A stretch of DNA of 32,000 bases from Acaryochloris marina MBIC11017 (GCF_000018105.1 NC_009926.1:30001-62000); one strand, 5' to 3'; positions 1 to 9,378 are shown, counted from the first letter of the stretch. Translations and numbers: made by a program. The notes: generated by a model not told the origin, from the letters alone.

Positions 1-226
1 GCACTTCCGTATAGGTAGACGTATCTAGAGGATTATCCTTGGCTATCGTCACATCCCCCGTGGGGATGGGAACATCAGGGAAGGTGGTGGGTGTAGTGGT
101 GGTCGGTAAGGTGATATCGGTGCTAATCACGGGGTCGTCGTAGGACACCTGAGCATAGGCGGGGACGGTGGTGATGGTAGCTTGAACTGACAGAACCAGA
201 GTTATCAGTAAAGGTTTAGGCTGCAT
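1..226 (-). CDS. Exported protein, N-terminal part only (gene runs off the left edge); probable member of the conjugation cluster
   Basis: Absent from the ORF track because it is open-ended. Minus-strand ATG at 226-224 reads MQPKPLLITLVLSVQATITTVPAYAQVSYDDPVISTDITLPTTTTPTTFPDVPIPTGDVTIAKDNPLDTSTYTEV with no stop to position 1. The N-terminus looks like a signal peptide with an AYA/Q site. The start overlaps the VirB4-like stop (216-218) by 11 nt, suggesting one operon. Confidence 0.55.
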   Translation of the reverse strand, partial: MQPKPLLITLVLSVQATITTVPAYAQVSYDDPVISTDITLPTTTTPTTFPDVPIPTGDVTIAKDNPLDTSTYTEV

Positions 227-3200
227 AGTCTTCCACTCCAATGGTTTCAACCTCAATCCCTTGTTTGTTGGCCTGGGAGAGCTGATCGCCAAAGTCCACT
301 AATCCGGCTACGGGGTCATCAGGATAGCGAGACATCACCCGGTTGCGGGCTTTGGTTTGCTCCCCTTGGTTGGCACCGACTCCCAAGGTGAAGTTGCTGG
401 GGTTATGGGTGACGATCAGTTGCCGAGACCCTCGCTGCCAGCACCAATGGGACTGCTGGAGGGACTTGGAGGCGCGAAAGGATTCATGCTCAAATTTCTC
501 AAGGATCTTGGACTGGATCCCAAATTCTGAGACCAATAGCTTACGGGCATATTCATTGACGTGACTGACAAATTTGTTCTGGAGGTTGGAGATGACCTTG
601 GATGCACAGCTTGAATCCAGTAGGGTTTTTACCTCTGTCATTCCAATCAGGATGTTGCACTGCCATTTACGGCCTGAGTTGGCGAGAGACCCCACCATCT
701 CTGCAAAGATGGTACGGGTTAATAGCTCTGACCCTTCATCAACCGGTAACAGGGTCCGCTTGCCGTTCATGGCTTTGCGGATCAGCAAGTCAAACCCCGC
801 CACCCCATAGACGAGGGAGTCACTGTCGTTGTCCACGTTGGTCAGTCCCAAGATCAGGGCATCCACGTTGGCGTCAAAGGAGCTGATGCCATTGATAGAA
901 TCTCCTAATGCCGTGGGGATGACGCCCTCTAATAGGAGCTGTAGGTGCTCAAAGGTTCGCTGTAAGTCGGGACCACAGTCGTTCACTTGGATATACTGCT
1001 TCAGCCAGACTTTGGCAAAGGCGACAAACTCCTCATAAATGGGCATCTGTGCCGCTTCATCGGAACCGAAAGGCGCATTTGACGCGAGGGTGTAGCGCTC
1101 AAGGTGGGCCTCGTGAAAGGATTCAAAGCATAAGCCCAAAGCCCGCTCAATCAGGAGGTTCTCCATCGGGTTAGACTGGCCCGCATCCCCCATCGCAATC
1201 GCTTTAAGGATCCTCAACTTGTTGCGCTTGATAAATTTCCACGCTTCCTCACGGGTGGGCTGTTGGGAGTCATAGCCCGGATCACCCGGTTTGGGCAGAT
1301 CATCAATCCAGGAGACATCGGGAATCTCCATGACGTTGATGGTGGCTTTGTCTACGGGTTTGTAATTGGAGGACACCCCTAATTGCTCTTGGGTTGCCAT
1401 ATAAGGTTCATAGCTGGATTTACCCGTGGGGGGCGGGAAGTCAAACCCCACGACGTTCATCCCTTCCCGCTGGCAATAGCTCGTCATCTCCAGCATCAGC
1501 ATGGTTTTACCTGCCCCCGTTTCCCCCGTGACGAGGGTGTGATTCGGGAAGGTATGGGCTAGATCGAGGTAAAAGGAAATCGGAAGGTCATAACCTATGA
1601 GCAACACCCCCCGACAATCCATCGGGGCGGGATGGATTTGGGGCAGGGTGGGCAGCACTCTCGGGGACATGGTTTTATACAGGTGATTCCCCCCGCCCGG
1701 TAAGGTGAGCATGGGGGCGGCACTGATGGCGAGGCTCGTACACCAGTGATGCTCAAATTTCTGGGTAATCTTGACGGCTTTGGTCCCCTCTAGCTTTTGG
1801 GCTAAGGCGTCCAGGTCAAGGTTGAGTTGGTCTACGGAATCCCGATAGAGGAAGATGGCGAAGGCGACCCAAAAGGGACGATTGCCGTTGTTCATCCACT
1901 CTAGGTTTTTCTTCGTTTCTTCAAGGCGTTCTAAGGCAATGGGGTTCAGTTCTTTACGCTGGGCGGCATCCCCCATTTTGCGGATAGAGTTCCGCCCCGT
2001 CTGCTCCAGGATGGCTCGGGTCAGCCCGGATTTGATGGGCAGCAGTTCGGTGACCACACGAGCATCCAAGAACAGTTCTCCAGGGGTGGCGAGGGTGTCA
2101 AACAGGAATTTGATAAATCCCAGTTCCGTGGAGTCTTGGACCTCGGGGATGGTCCTGAGTCCTTCAAACCGCAGTGCGCCCACATATTTTCCTTTATTCG
2201 GCAGGTAGGCGAGGCTTTCACCGAATTGGGGAACAGCAGGTTTCCCTTTCTCGGGTTCAAACAGGACCCCCAGGCTATGGAGGTGATGCTCACTGACTAC
2301 TGGATTGGGATCTAAGCCCAGGTCGTCATAGCGAGTGTATTGGGGGATGGGGATGCTCTCTTCATGCAGTTCGGCGTAATCCCAATCAAATAGCTCTTGG
2401 GCCGTGAGGGGCTGAATTTTATGACCTAAGCCTTCTGCGCCCGTGAGCATCCTCGTCATTCGCTTATAGGAGTTGGTATAGGCGGCAAAGATGGCTTTCT
2501 CCCACTGCTCTTTAGATTGGTAGGCTTCCCCCATGACCTTTTGGGCGACGGTGTCATTCCAAAAGCCCGATACCCACTCGAACACTACATCAGCGGGAGA
2601 GTCCGGGGTGTCATAGTCTCCACCGAGACGCATCCGGCATTTAGCTTGGTAGAGCAGGCGGGATTTGACGATACGACCCTCAGCTTCTAGAGATTGCAGG
2701 TTCTCAGCATCGGATTGCAGTTGAGCGGTGGTCAGGGCATCCGTGGCCTTCCCTAGGGCAGTGGCCGTGGCAATCAAAGGGTCTGAGCAGTCTGCTCGGA
2801 TATCCATAATTGCTTTGAGGTCGGTGCCACCGAGATGACAGATCTTCTGGTTGCTTTTATTGAGCTGCTGTTTGGATTGGGCGGGGGTGACGGTCGGGTC
2901 CAAACCCAGCACGTCAAACATAAACGCAATTTTGATCTCTCGACTATTCCAGTGATGGAGATGGAACCCAATCGTCACCCCCTCAAATTCAAACTGTCCA
3001 TAGGTCTTGAGGCAGAAGTTATCTTGAATCCGTCTCAGGGGGTCTGTTTTCTTGGCCTTTGCCATGACGGGCATCCCCACGTTGTCGAACCTTAGGGACG
3101 GGCGACCGTCCATGTACGTCGTGGGCTTACCCACCCGCTCCATCTGCTGGGAGGGATTGCGGCCAAATATAAGAATGATGCCGACGCTCGTCAAAGCGAT

Positions 3201-3362
3201 AAAGAGGACGGCCAGTAAAAACCCAAATTTGATTAAGACGGCAAAACCCACCCCCAAAACGGCGATGGATGCTCCAAGGTAAAAGACGGGTATACCGTCT
3301 AGCATCGTGTTTACAGAGAGGATATCTCGTGTTTGACCTTCGTTTACGGTTTCAAAATCCAT
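216..3362 (-). CDS. VirB4/TrbE-family type IV secretion (conjugative transfer) ATPase, apparently with a fused VirB3-like N-terminal membrane module
   Basis: 1048-aa ORF. Walker A is GETGAGKT (VTGETGAGKTMLMLEM) and a Walker B-like LLPVDEGSEL is present. The N-terminal ~70 aa carry two hydrophobic helices, and GIPVFYLG...GRNP resembles VirB3. Size and layout are typical of VirB4/TrbE/TraC. Confidence 0.85.
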   Translation of the reverse strand: MDFETVNEGQTRDILSVNTMLDGIPVFYLGASIAVLGVGFAVLIKFGFLLAVLFIALTSVGIILIFGRNPSQQMERVGKPTTYMDGRPSLRFDNVGMPVMAKAKKTDPLRRIQDNFCLKTYGQFEFEGVTIGFHLHHWNSREIKIAFMFDVLGLDPTVTPAQSKQQLNKSNQKICHLGGTDLKAIMDIRADCSDPLIATATALGKATDALTTAQLQSDAENLQSLEAEGRIVKSRLLYQAKCRMRLGGDYDTPDSPADVVFEWVSGFWNDTVAQKVMGEAYQSKEQWEKAIFAAYTNSYKRMTRMLTGAEGLGHKIQPLTAQELFDWDYAELHEESIPIPQYTRYDDLGLDPNPVVSEHHLHSLGVLFEPEKGKPAVPQFGESLAYLPNKGKYVGALRFEGLRTIPEVQDSTELGFIKFLFDTLATPGELFLDARVVTELLPIKSGLTRAILEQTGRNSIRKMGDAAQRKELNPIALERLEETKKNLEWMNNGNRPFWVAFAIFLYRDSVDQLNLDLDALAQKLEGTKAVKITQKFEHHWCTSLAISAAPMLTLPGGGNHLYKTMSPRVLPTLPQIHPAPMDCRGVLLIGYDLPISFYLDLAHTFPNHTLVTGETGAGKTMLMLEMTSYCQREGMNVVGFDFPPPTGKSSYEPYMATQEQLGVSSNYKPVDKATINVMEIPDVSWIDDLPKPGDPGYDSQQPTREEAWKFIKRNKLRILKAIAMGDAGQSNPMENLLIERALGLCFESFHEAHLERYTLASNAPFGSDEAAQMPIYEEFVAFAKVWLKQYIQVNDCGPDLQRTFEHLQLLLEGVIPTALGDSINGISSFDANVDALILGLTNVDNDSDSLVYGVAGFDLLIRKAMNGKRTLLPVDEGSELLTRTIFAEMVGSLANSGRKWQCNILIGMTEVKTLLDSSCASKVISNLQNKFVSHVNEYARKLLVSEFGIQSKILEKFEHESFRASKSLQQSHWCWQRGSRQLIVTHNPSNFTLGVGANQGEQTKARNRVMSRYPDDPVAGLVDFGDQLSQANKQGIEVETIGVEDYAA

Positions 3363-3374
3363 AATTGACCTCCT

Positions 3375-3926
3375 TTATCGGGTTGTCGCGAAGATCAGGG
3401 CACCAATCATGATCATGACGATGATGAAGTAGAGGAGTCCCACCACGGGGCGGGACATCTCTTGAATATCTCCCCCATGATGGGAGTGACCCAAGCTGTT
3501 CTTACCTGCAAAGCCAATGGCACCGAGAACAACACCCGCGAGGATCAGCCAGCCAATCCCACAGACGGCTCCCGCTAAGGAGAACCCTTGAACATTCAGC
3601 CAACCCAAGCCCCCAATCATGCGCTCCCCAAAGCCGGGGATAACATCAAAGCCATTACAGACGGAATCGGGGACGCTCAGTTGAGCTTGGGCATATTGCT
3701 GATAGCCGGTGGTGATGCTCACGGTTTGCAGGCCCGCGAGGACATGGGGTGATCTGCGGATAATTCTGCGCCAAGCGACGGCTGATGCTGTGATGGCGAG
3801 ACAGGCGAGAGAAGTCGCTTGTAGCCAGGGGAGATTGTAGATCAGGCCGATGATGAGAAAGCCACTATAGCCAAACCACCAGGGCTGTTTTGAGGTTTTT
3901 TCGTAAAGGATCTTGAGTCGTTTCAT
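3375..3926 (-). CDS. Polytopic integral membrane protein, conjugation-cluster associated, family unassigned
   Basis: 183-aa ORF with several hydrophobic helices (WWFGYSGFLIIGLIY, GIGWLILAGVVLGAIGFAG, LLYFIIVMIMIGALIFA). It sits 12 nt upstream of the VirB4-like start on the same strand. Confidence 0.6.
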   Translation of the reverse strand: MKRLKILYEKTSKQPWWFGYSGFLIIGLIYNLPWLQATSLACLAITASAVAWRRIIRRSPHVLAGLQTVSITTGYQQYAQAQLSVPDSVCNGFDVIPGFGERMIGGLGWLNVQGFSLAGAVCGIGWLILAGVVLGAIGFAGKNSLGHSHHGGDIQEMSRPVVGLLYFIIVMIMIGALIFATTR

Positions 3927-3958
3927 GGGAGGTTGCCTCTTATGGATCAGTAGTGCTG

Positions 3959-4783
3959 TTATTGCTGGGCGTAGTTGAGTAAGGTCTGGAGTTGGTCAGG
4001 AGAGATTTTGGCTAGCTTTGCTGCGTCTTCAGGAGACTTCCCCCAACGCATCTGGCGAATCATGCCGTTGACTCGCCAATGCATCTCTGAGCGATAGCGA
4101 TAGGTCTGGTTACCTGACGCTCTAGCGATATTCAGACCCCTTAAAAGAGTCGCTGGAGTGGTACGGCTATCGGACACGTTACGCTTAACCAGAGACAGGT
4201 TAGCCGTTGGGATAGGCTTTACCTTCTGAGGCAGGGAGATTCGTCGCACAGGAGGACGTTTGACGGTCTTAGGCTTGGGCAGGACTTTGGTTCTACGTTG
4301 AAGGGTCAGGGGTTGAACCGCTGTCGTAGCTTGATGAACGCGAGTCCTCTCAGGTGGTTGACCCAGGCGACCTGTGAAGACTCGCGATTGCTCAGGGGTA
4401 TGAGCAATGGGGGTGGGCGTTCCAATCCGAGTGATGGCAGTACTGGGGGCACTGTCAGACCGATTGATCGTTAACTCCATTGAGGAGCGGTTGCAGCCCA
4501 CTAAATCTAGGATTAAGTTGGTCGATTTCACCTGGGTATTGGGTTTCCAAGTCAGGTAAATTTTCTGGGTCTGGGGTTGGGGCTGATCTAAGCTCAAGTC
4601 AAAGATTCCCCTCGTGCCCATATAGGCTTTGGAGACCCGGCACCAACTGGAGGTAAGGTCAATCAGGTGACCATGACCCGGTGCTATCTTGATGGTTTCC
4701 GCTGTGGCTGGGGAAATGAACAGCCCCAACCAGGCCGCTATAAATGCGGCAATGGTTTTGTACATGGCGTTTTTCCTTGGCAA
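3959..4783 (-). CDS. Secreted protein, possibly with a VirB9/TrbG-like N-domain
   Basis: 274 aa with a signal peptide (MYKTIAAFIAAWLGLFISPATA/ET). The pattern IKIAPGHGHLIDL...KIYLTWKPNTQVKSTNLILDL recalls VirB9/TrbG N-domains, a weak by-eye call. A Pro/Arg/Thr-rich linker follows. Confidence 0.55.
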   Translation of the reverse strand: MPRKNAMYKTIAAFIAAWLGLFISPATAETIKIAPGHGHLIDLTSSWCRVSKAYMGTRGIFDLSLDQPQPQTQKIYLTWKPNTQVKSTNLILDLVGCNRSSMELTINRSDSAPSTAITRIGTPTPIAHTPEQSRVFTGRLGQPPERTRVHQATTAVQPLTLQRRTKVLPKPKTVKRPPVRRISLPQKVKPIPTANLSLVKRNVSDSRTTPATLLRGLNIARASGNQTYRYRSEMHWRVNGMIRQMRWGKSPEDAAKLAKISPDQLQTLLNYAQQ

Positions 4784-4847
4784 GTGCGTCTGTTCGGGAG
4801 GAGGGTTGCTATCAAAGACAGCCCCTCCCTGTGGTTGTTGGCTGGTG

Positions 4848-6065
4848 TCAGGGCCAGCCCCCTCTAAGGCAATCAGATATTGCTGCTAATGGTCTGTGGA
4901 TAAATCGGGTTACTGCTGGGCCGAATCCCAGATGTCCTCGCCCAATCGTTCCAGGCTCTCCCAGTCCACGGCATCGCTGATCCGCTGGGGAAGGTTGATA
5001 CCCCGGTCGATCAGTAGGCCCGTCACTGCGACCTCCACAAAGAACCAAAAGAGATTCCTGAGCATGGGTAATCACTCCTTTGACTAATGCAATAGCTTTG
5101 GTAGGAAGGGACTTTGTAGCGATGGAGGGAGTCTGGCGGGGATTGTGAGAATAAGCAGAAGGATTAGTACTGTTTTCGTAGCAGAAGGAAAGAGAAGCAG
5201 GCCAAGTGCTGAGGTTTACTCGCTCCTGACCTACTTCTGGCTTTGAGGAATATCTACTGAAACTTTGGGAAAATCCCAGTCGAACGGCTTTGACTTGACC
5301 TTGGGCTGCACTGACAAGCTGGGCCAAGCCAACCCGGAACCACTGCTTGAGGAGATGAACGGGGATTTGATACTTCGGTGGAATGAAAGGTGGAGGTGCT
5401 TTGATTAGGACGAGATTTGTCTTTGTCTCAGATACAACCTCGAAATCAAAGTACTCATCGTATTCTTCATCATCCGTGTAGAATGACTCGTCATTAATCG
5501 TAAATTCATGCCAGTCTGGGATTTCTTGGAACGAACGGCCCCAATAGAGTAAATCTTCGATATATTCCAGCTTTAGATTTGCTTTTTGAGCAATCTCTTC
5601 GAGGTTGGCATCAGGAAACTGGTTTTGGAGTCTATAAACCCTATCAAGATGGACTTGTTTTTTCTCGGGCAATCTCAGTTGCTTGGGTCTGTTCTTATAG
5701 CAAAATCTGCGGATATACCCTCTAATCCAACCTCTTGCATAGGTGGAGAACTTGCAGCCTTTCGTAGAGTCGAATTTCCTAACGGCATGACGGATGCCTA
5801 ACATTCCCTCTTGGATCAGGTCTTGAGCATCATCCAAAGTCCAGGCATATTGCTTGGCGAGTTTGGATACTAGACGGACATGCCCAATCATCAACCAGGA
5901 TAAAGAGGTTTCATGTCCTAGCTTGGCTTTGCGAATCAAGTCCAACTCTTCCTCTGGGTTGGGAACCGGGAAGCGGTGTAAGAGCTGGGTTAAATAGTCG
6001 GGTAAACGGATGCCCTCAGAAAAAGGGCTAGAAATCGAAGCGGCAGTCATAAGCTTGCCCTCCAC
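4848..6065 (-). CDS. Sigma-70-family-like protein with regions 2 and 3 only and a non-canonical C-terminal half
   Basis: LVSKLAKQYAWTLDDAQDLIQEGMLGIRHAVRKFDSTKGCKFSTYARGWIRGYIRRF matches sigma-70 regions 2.1-2.4. RLPEKKQVHLDRVYRLQNQFPDANLEEIAQKANL fits region 3. No region 4 HTH is recognisable. The last ~120 codons are Arg/Gly/Pro-rich and may not be genuinely coding. Confidence 0.65.
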   Translation of the reverse strand: MEGKLMTAASISSPFSEGIRLPDYLTQLLHRFPVPNPEEELDLIRKAKLGHETSLSWLMIGHVRLVSKLAKQYAWTLDDAQDLIQEGMLGIRHAVRKFDSTKGCKFSTYARGWIRGYIRRFCYKNRPKQLRLPEKKQVHLDRVYRLQNQFPDANLEEIAQKANLKLEYIEDLLYWGRSFQEIPDWHEFTINDESFYTDDEEYDEYFDFEVVSETKTNLVLIKAPPPFIPPKYQIPVHLLKQWFRVGLAQLVSAAQGQVKAVRLGFSQSFSRYSSKPEVGQERVNLSTWPASLSFCYENSTNPSAYSHNPRQTPSIATKSLPTKAIALVKGVITHAQESLLVLCGGRSDGPTDRPGYQPSPADQRCRGLGEPGTIGRGHLGFGPAVTRFIHRPLAAISDCLRGGWP

Positions 6066-6164
6066 AAATGGAAGAGAGAGAACTTAATATAGATAATTTG
6101 TTGATTACGATTATTCGATTTGCACTAAACTCTCTGAAGCCAGATGTCCCAGTTGCCTAGCGAA

Positions 6165-6746
6165 CTAGGCAGCAGTTGTGGGAGTAGCTTGAGCTTGGCC
6201 CAGCTCCAAGGGTACGGGTGGGGCGATAGCAAGCCGCTGACGGATATAGTGTCTTGCACCACGCTCAGATAGATGGTGGTGGAGCATCTGGGACTGGATA
6301 TAGGGGCCGTGAAATAGAATATTGACCTGATCGTCTTTGGAATAGCCACAAAGACGAAGCTCATAGCTCACCATGAGGTCAATTCGATAACTCAAGGGTG
6401 GGTGTTCGCAACCTAAGTTATAAAGTTTGTCGTAGGTGTAGGCGACACCCATAGACATCAAATTTTGAACTTTTACAGCAATCTGGAGATAAATTTCTCG
6501 AAATTCTTGAATCACCTGTGGATCAAGCTGATCAGAGCTTTGGAGGTCATTGTTGCCTCCACGGGATTTCCCGGAATCAGTATTTATAGTTAGCATGAAA
6601 ACATCTCCTGTCGCGGAGGTATAGATCACGGCTTGTGCGTTGTGGTAGATGGGCAGGCCGTGGTTTGCAAATTTAACTAGAGAATATTCCTGTGCAAGAC
6701 AGAAACAGGCAGGACTCCTGTCAGGGATTCCCGATAGAAATGGCAT
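6165..6746 (-). CDS. Hypothetical protein
   Basis: 193-aa ORF co-directional with its neighbours, with no motif I recognise. A 7-bp-stem hairpin (6761-6779) lies just upstream of its ATG. Confidence 0.45.
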   Translation of the reverse strand: MPFLSGIPDRSPACFCLAQEYSLVKFANHGLPIYHNAQAVIYTSATGDVFMLTINTDSGKSRGGNNDLQSSDQLDPQVIQEFREIYLQIAVKVQNLMSMGVAYTYDKLYNLGCEHPPLSYRIDLMVSYELRLCGYSKDDQVNILFHGPYIQSQMLHHHLSERGARHYIRQRLAIAPPVPLELGQAQATPTTAA

Positions 6747-6931
6747 TTAAAACAGTCTGAGCAAAGGCTAGACCTTTGCTGTTTCTTGTGGGTGGTAGTA
6801 GAAATACAAAAAAGAAAAAGTTGGGTGCGAAAACATTCGCTTAAATCACTTGGCTGTACTTTAGCGCCAACCCAGGAGTGGAGTCAAAGCGAAAGAAACA
6901 CTTAGTTACAATTGCAAAAATTTATCAACAA

Positions 6932-7144
6932 CTACCACAACCTATTGACCCCCTCAAATCCTTTCACCACAAGCCTTTTTGATGCCAGAGACCCCAAGCG
7001 CTCAACAACTTCAAGAGCCTCCAACAATGTAAGAGACTGCGCCTCAGTCTGGTCTTTGGTCATAGTGAGTTTCTGTTGGTTAAGGTCAAAATCTTTCACA
7101 AATGAGCCATCGTCATGCAGGACAAATCTTTTAGGGAAAGCCAT
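6932..7144 (-). CDS. Small hypothetical protein (70 aa), translationally coupled to rep
   Basis: Internal ATG of the 6932..7288 track ORF, preceded on the minus strand by AAGGAGATACTG. It reads MAFPKRFVLHDDGSFVKDFDL... and overlaps the rep stop region (7131-7144) by 14 nt. Confidence 0.45.
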   Translation of the reverse strand: MAFPKRFVLHDDGSFVKDFDLNQQKLTMTKDQTEAQSLTLLEALEVVERLGSLASKRLVVKGFEGVNRLW

Positions 7145-9212
7145 CAGTATCTCCTTTAAGATCCAAACAAACGCCAAACATTCGTTCCATTGCCCGCAGG
7201 GTAAACACGGCTGATAATTCTGTGTAAGGTTGCCACTGTTCCTCGGCCAACACCCAATACTCTCCGTCCCTCCAAGAGTAATCTGCAACTAACTTGCACT
7301 GCATCGCTAACTGATACCAATGGTCAAACTCCTCTCGTTCACTAAGTCGAGCTTCTCGTTCAATCGGCTGTTCACCATTAGTGATGAGTTGAAGGGGAAG
7401 CTGTTCCTGATTTTGCGGCCGCAATTCTGCGTTTGCTTCACTAAGCGCTTTTCGCTGTGACTTCCTCGCTTTCACTCGTTGCCGCCGACGCTGCTCATAC
7501 TCAAGTTCACGCTGTTGTTGTCGCTTGGCTTTAGAGATTTTCTGCTGCAGGCCCGGAGGTAGGGAGAGGTGCAGCTGATCCCAATTTTGGATTGGAATAA
7601 CCTTGGAGTTCCCCCCCAAACCCCCCCGATCTAGGTCTTCAGAATTCACAAGCGCCGCTTTCGCCGCCCTTTGGCCTTTGAGGGCCAGGGCGACGGCGGC
7701 TTGTATTCTCATCGTCATGATTACAAACCCTACATAAATATAGAGTTGTAAAAGATCCTTTAATAGATAAAGTTCCAGCTTTCGCTGGTTTAAAAAGTGA
7801 GTATTATTTGAACAGAGTTGTGTAATAGTTCCTTCCTGCAAGGGGTCTAGGGCTTTCTGAGGGGGTTCTGGGGGTAAATGATGGGGGTGCCAGAGTTCTA
7901 GGTTTGACTTGCGGTATAAGGTTTTCTGGCTAGTGTGAGCTAGTTTTGCAATCGCACTGGCACGAGCTGTGATACCAGGGGGAAGCTTGCTGACTCTTCT
8001 TAATTCAAAGACGGCTTTTTTGATCCGGTTCTGGGCGGCTTCACGCTTGGATTGGTGATAGCCAAAGTCGGCAGGAGCGACTTGTTTGTCGTTGTATTTG
8101 GCGTCTCGGGCAGGGGCTGAACCAGCGGGCCAGTAGTAGCGCATAGTCCAGGTTGCCACTTCATAACTACGGCGCTCGATTTCATGCTGGTGGCGGCAAT
8201 GTTCGTTAAAGCCTGGGGTGTTCTGAGCAGTTTGACAAACGTATTCTGCGATCTGCTCTGAACTATCCATTCCCAAAAATACGCGGGCTTCGCAGGCGAT
8301 GATCTTCAGCTTCTCGTTGGTTTGGCCGGGGCCGGTCCAGCCTTGGGATTTCTCTTCATGAATGCGCTCCTGCCAGGTGGCGAGGGAGGAAGCGTTACCG
8401 GATTTACGGACTTTGAAGTTTTGCTGCGCGTCTGCGATCGCATGGTGAAGACGACCCATGTCCTGGCCATCGGCACATAGCTCAAAACAATCTAGCCAGT
8501 CTTCCAGGAACCAGGGGAGAGGGTTTAGATCGGTGTCGAGTGGATGGAAGCCGCTACCCGGCTGCATAGGGAGACGGAATGCAGCAAAGAGACTGTAGCC
8601 CTTACCTTTGGGCACATACCGCTTGGGGTTGGGGTAGAGTTCGCATTGACCTCCACAAAATTTGACGCCTTCAGCTTCCAGGTTGAGTTTGATGCACACA
8701 CTCAACCAAAAACTACTGACGGATTCGGGCAGGGGGAGGTAGAGGTGTAAGCCGCCGCTATGGCTACTTTGACAAAGGAGTGAGCGGCAGATACCGATTT
8801 CTTCCAGGGCATGTCGGATCTTTGGAAGCCAATGTGGAGCGCTGGTTGGATGATAGCGAGAGTCCTTGTCTATATCGAGGACCAGCCAACGGGTCTGGGC
8901 ATTGGGCCTCACTCCGATCAGACAGTCTGGGTCTTGATGAAGTGACCACAACTCCACGGGGGAGAGAGGGAATTTCTTCACCGTTTCCCAGTCAACGGGA
9001 TTACCTTGTTCCGGGACTGACGCAAAGATCCAATCCCAGCCATTGGGGAAAAGTAAGGCCAATCTTTGACCCAATGGATCTGCTGGTAATGGGTCATGCT
9101 TAGGGCGTCTGGGATGCTGAAATACATAATCTGGGACATGGGAAGGCGAGCCATGTTGACGCTGAAGCATGTCTTGGAAATACTCCCAAATTTTAGATTG
9201 GGGTATTTTCAC
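7131..9212 (-). CDS. Plasmid replication protein with an N-terminal primase-polymerase (prim-pol) domain
   Basis: 693 aa. It has the DxD motif in WLVLDIDKDSRYH and the sGGLHLY motif in SSHSGGLHLYLPLP, typical of bifunctional prim-pol domains. No P-loop helicase motif is seen. There is a basic coiled region (KAKRQQQRELEYEQRRRQRVKARK). An iteron field lies immediately upstream. Confidence 0.75.
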   Translation of the reverse strand: MKIPQSKIWEYFQDMLQRQHGSPSHVPDYVFQHPRRPKHDPLPADPLGQRLALLFPNGWDWIFASVPEQGNPVDWETVKKFPLSPVELWSLHQDPDCLIGVRPNAQTRWLVLDIDKDSRYHPTSAPHWLPKIRHALEEIGICRSLLCQSSHSGGLHLYLPLPESVSSFWLSVCIKLNLEAEGVKFCGGQCELYPNPKRYVPKGKGYSLFAAFRLPMQPGSGFHPLDTDLNPLPWFLEDWLDCFELCADGQDMGRLHHAIADAQQNFKVRKSGNASSLATWQERIHEEKSQGWTGPGQTNEKLKIIACEARVFLGMDSSEQIAEYVCQTAQNTPGFNEHCRHQHEIERRSYEVATWTMRYYWPAGSAPARDAKYNDKQVAPADFGYHQSKREAAQNRIKKAVFELRRVSKLPPGITARASAIAKLAHTSQKTLYRKSNLELWHPHHLPPEPPQKALDPLQEGTITQLCSNNTHFLNQRKLELYLLKDLLQLYIYVGFVIMTMRIQAAVALALKGQRAAKAALVNSEDLDRGGLGGNSKVIPIQNWDQLHLSLPPGLQQKISKAKRQQQRELEYEQRRRQRVKARKSQRKALSEANAELRPQNQEQLPLQLITNGEQPIEREARLSEREEFDHWYQLAMQCKLVADYSWRDGEYWVLAEEQWQPYTELSAVFTLRAMERMFGVCLDLKGDTDGFP
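7611..7627 (-). repeat. C7-A3-C7 tract (G7TTTG7 on the coding strand) inside rep
   Basis: Read directly: cccccccaaaccccccc, encoding GGLGG. It fits the G3N1G3N3G3N1G3 quadruplex pattern on the minus strand and comprises two slippage-prone homopolymers. Confidence 0.9.
8434..8441. repeat. HIP1 octamer GCGATCGC (cyanobacterial highly iterated palindrome)
   Basis: Exact GCGATCGC. Further copies are at 18301-18308 and 23671-23678. Confidence 0.9.
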
Positions 9213-9314
9213 AGAATAATTTTTGTCTTGTTTACATTTGCATTTAAATTACTTTAAATAATTGGGTTGTCTTATAAGGCTACAAACCAGTCACAGAAAG
9301 GGATTTTACAAAAC

Positions 9315-9378
9315 TTAGTGCATACATACGGAGATTTTAGTGTAGGCATACGGATAACTTAGTGCATAGAAACGGAGA
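9315..9378 (+). repeat. Three 20-bp direct repeats (iterons) at 22-bp phasing, upstream of rep
   Basis: TTAGTGCATACATACGGAGA (9315), TTAGTGTAGGCATACGGATA (9337), TTAGTGCATAGAAACGGAGA (9359). Consensus is TTAGTGnnnnnAtACGGAgA. Confidence 0.85.

Noticed and set aside
343-3282. Numerous 60-120-aa ORFs on the plus strand and in alternative minus frames inside the VirB4-like gene
   Set aside because: All are nested in or antisense to a 1048-aa ORF with clear ATPase motifs. Their translations are Arg/Pro/Ser-rich, which is typical of non-coding frames in GC-richer DNA.
6157-6172. Hairpin TGCCTAG-cgaa-CTAGGCA around the stop of the 193-aa ORF
   Set aside because: The stem is short (7 bp), overlaps coding sequence and has no U-tract. 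It cannot be distinguished from chance.
6912-7214. 100-aa plus-strand ORF, and the long version (6932..7288) of the minus-strand ORF
   Set aside because: The plus-strand ORF is antisense to the rep 3' end and the small coupled ORF. The long minus version overlaps rep out of frame for 158 nt, whereas the internal ATG at 7144 has a Shine-Dalgarno.
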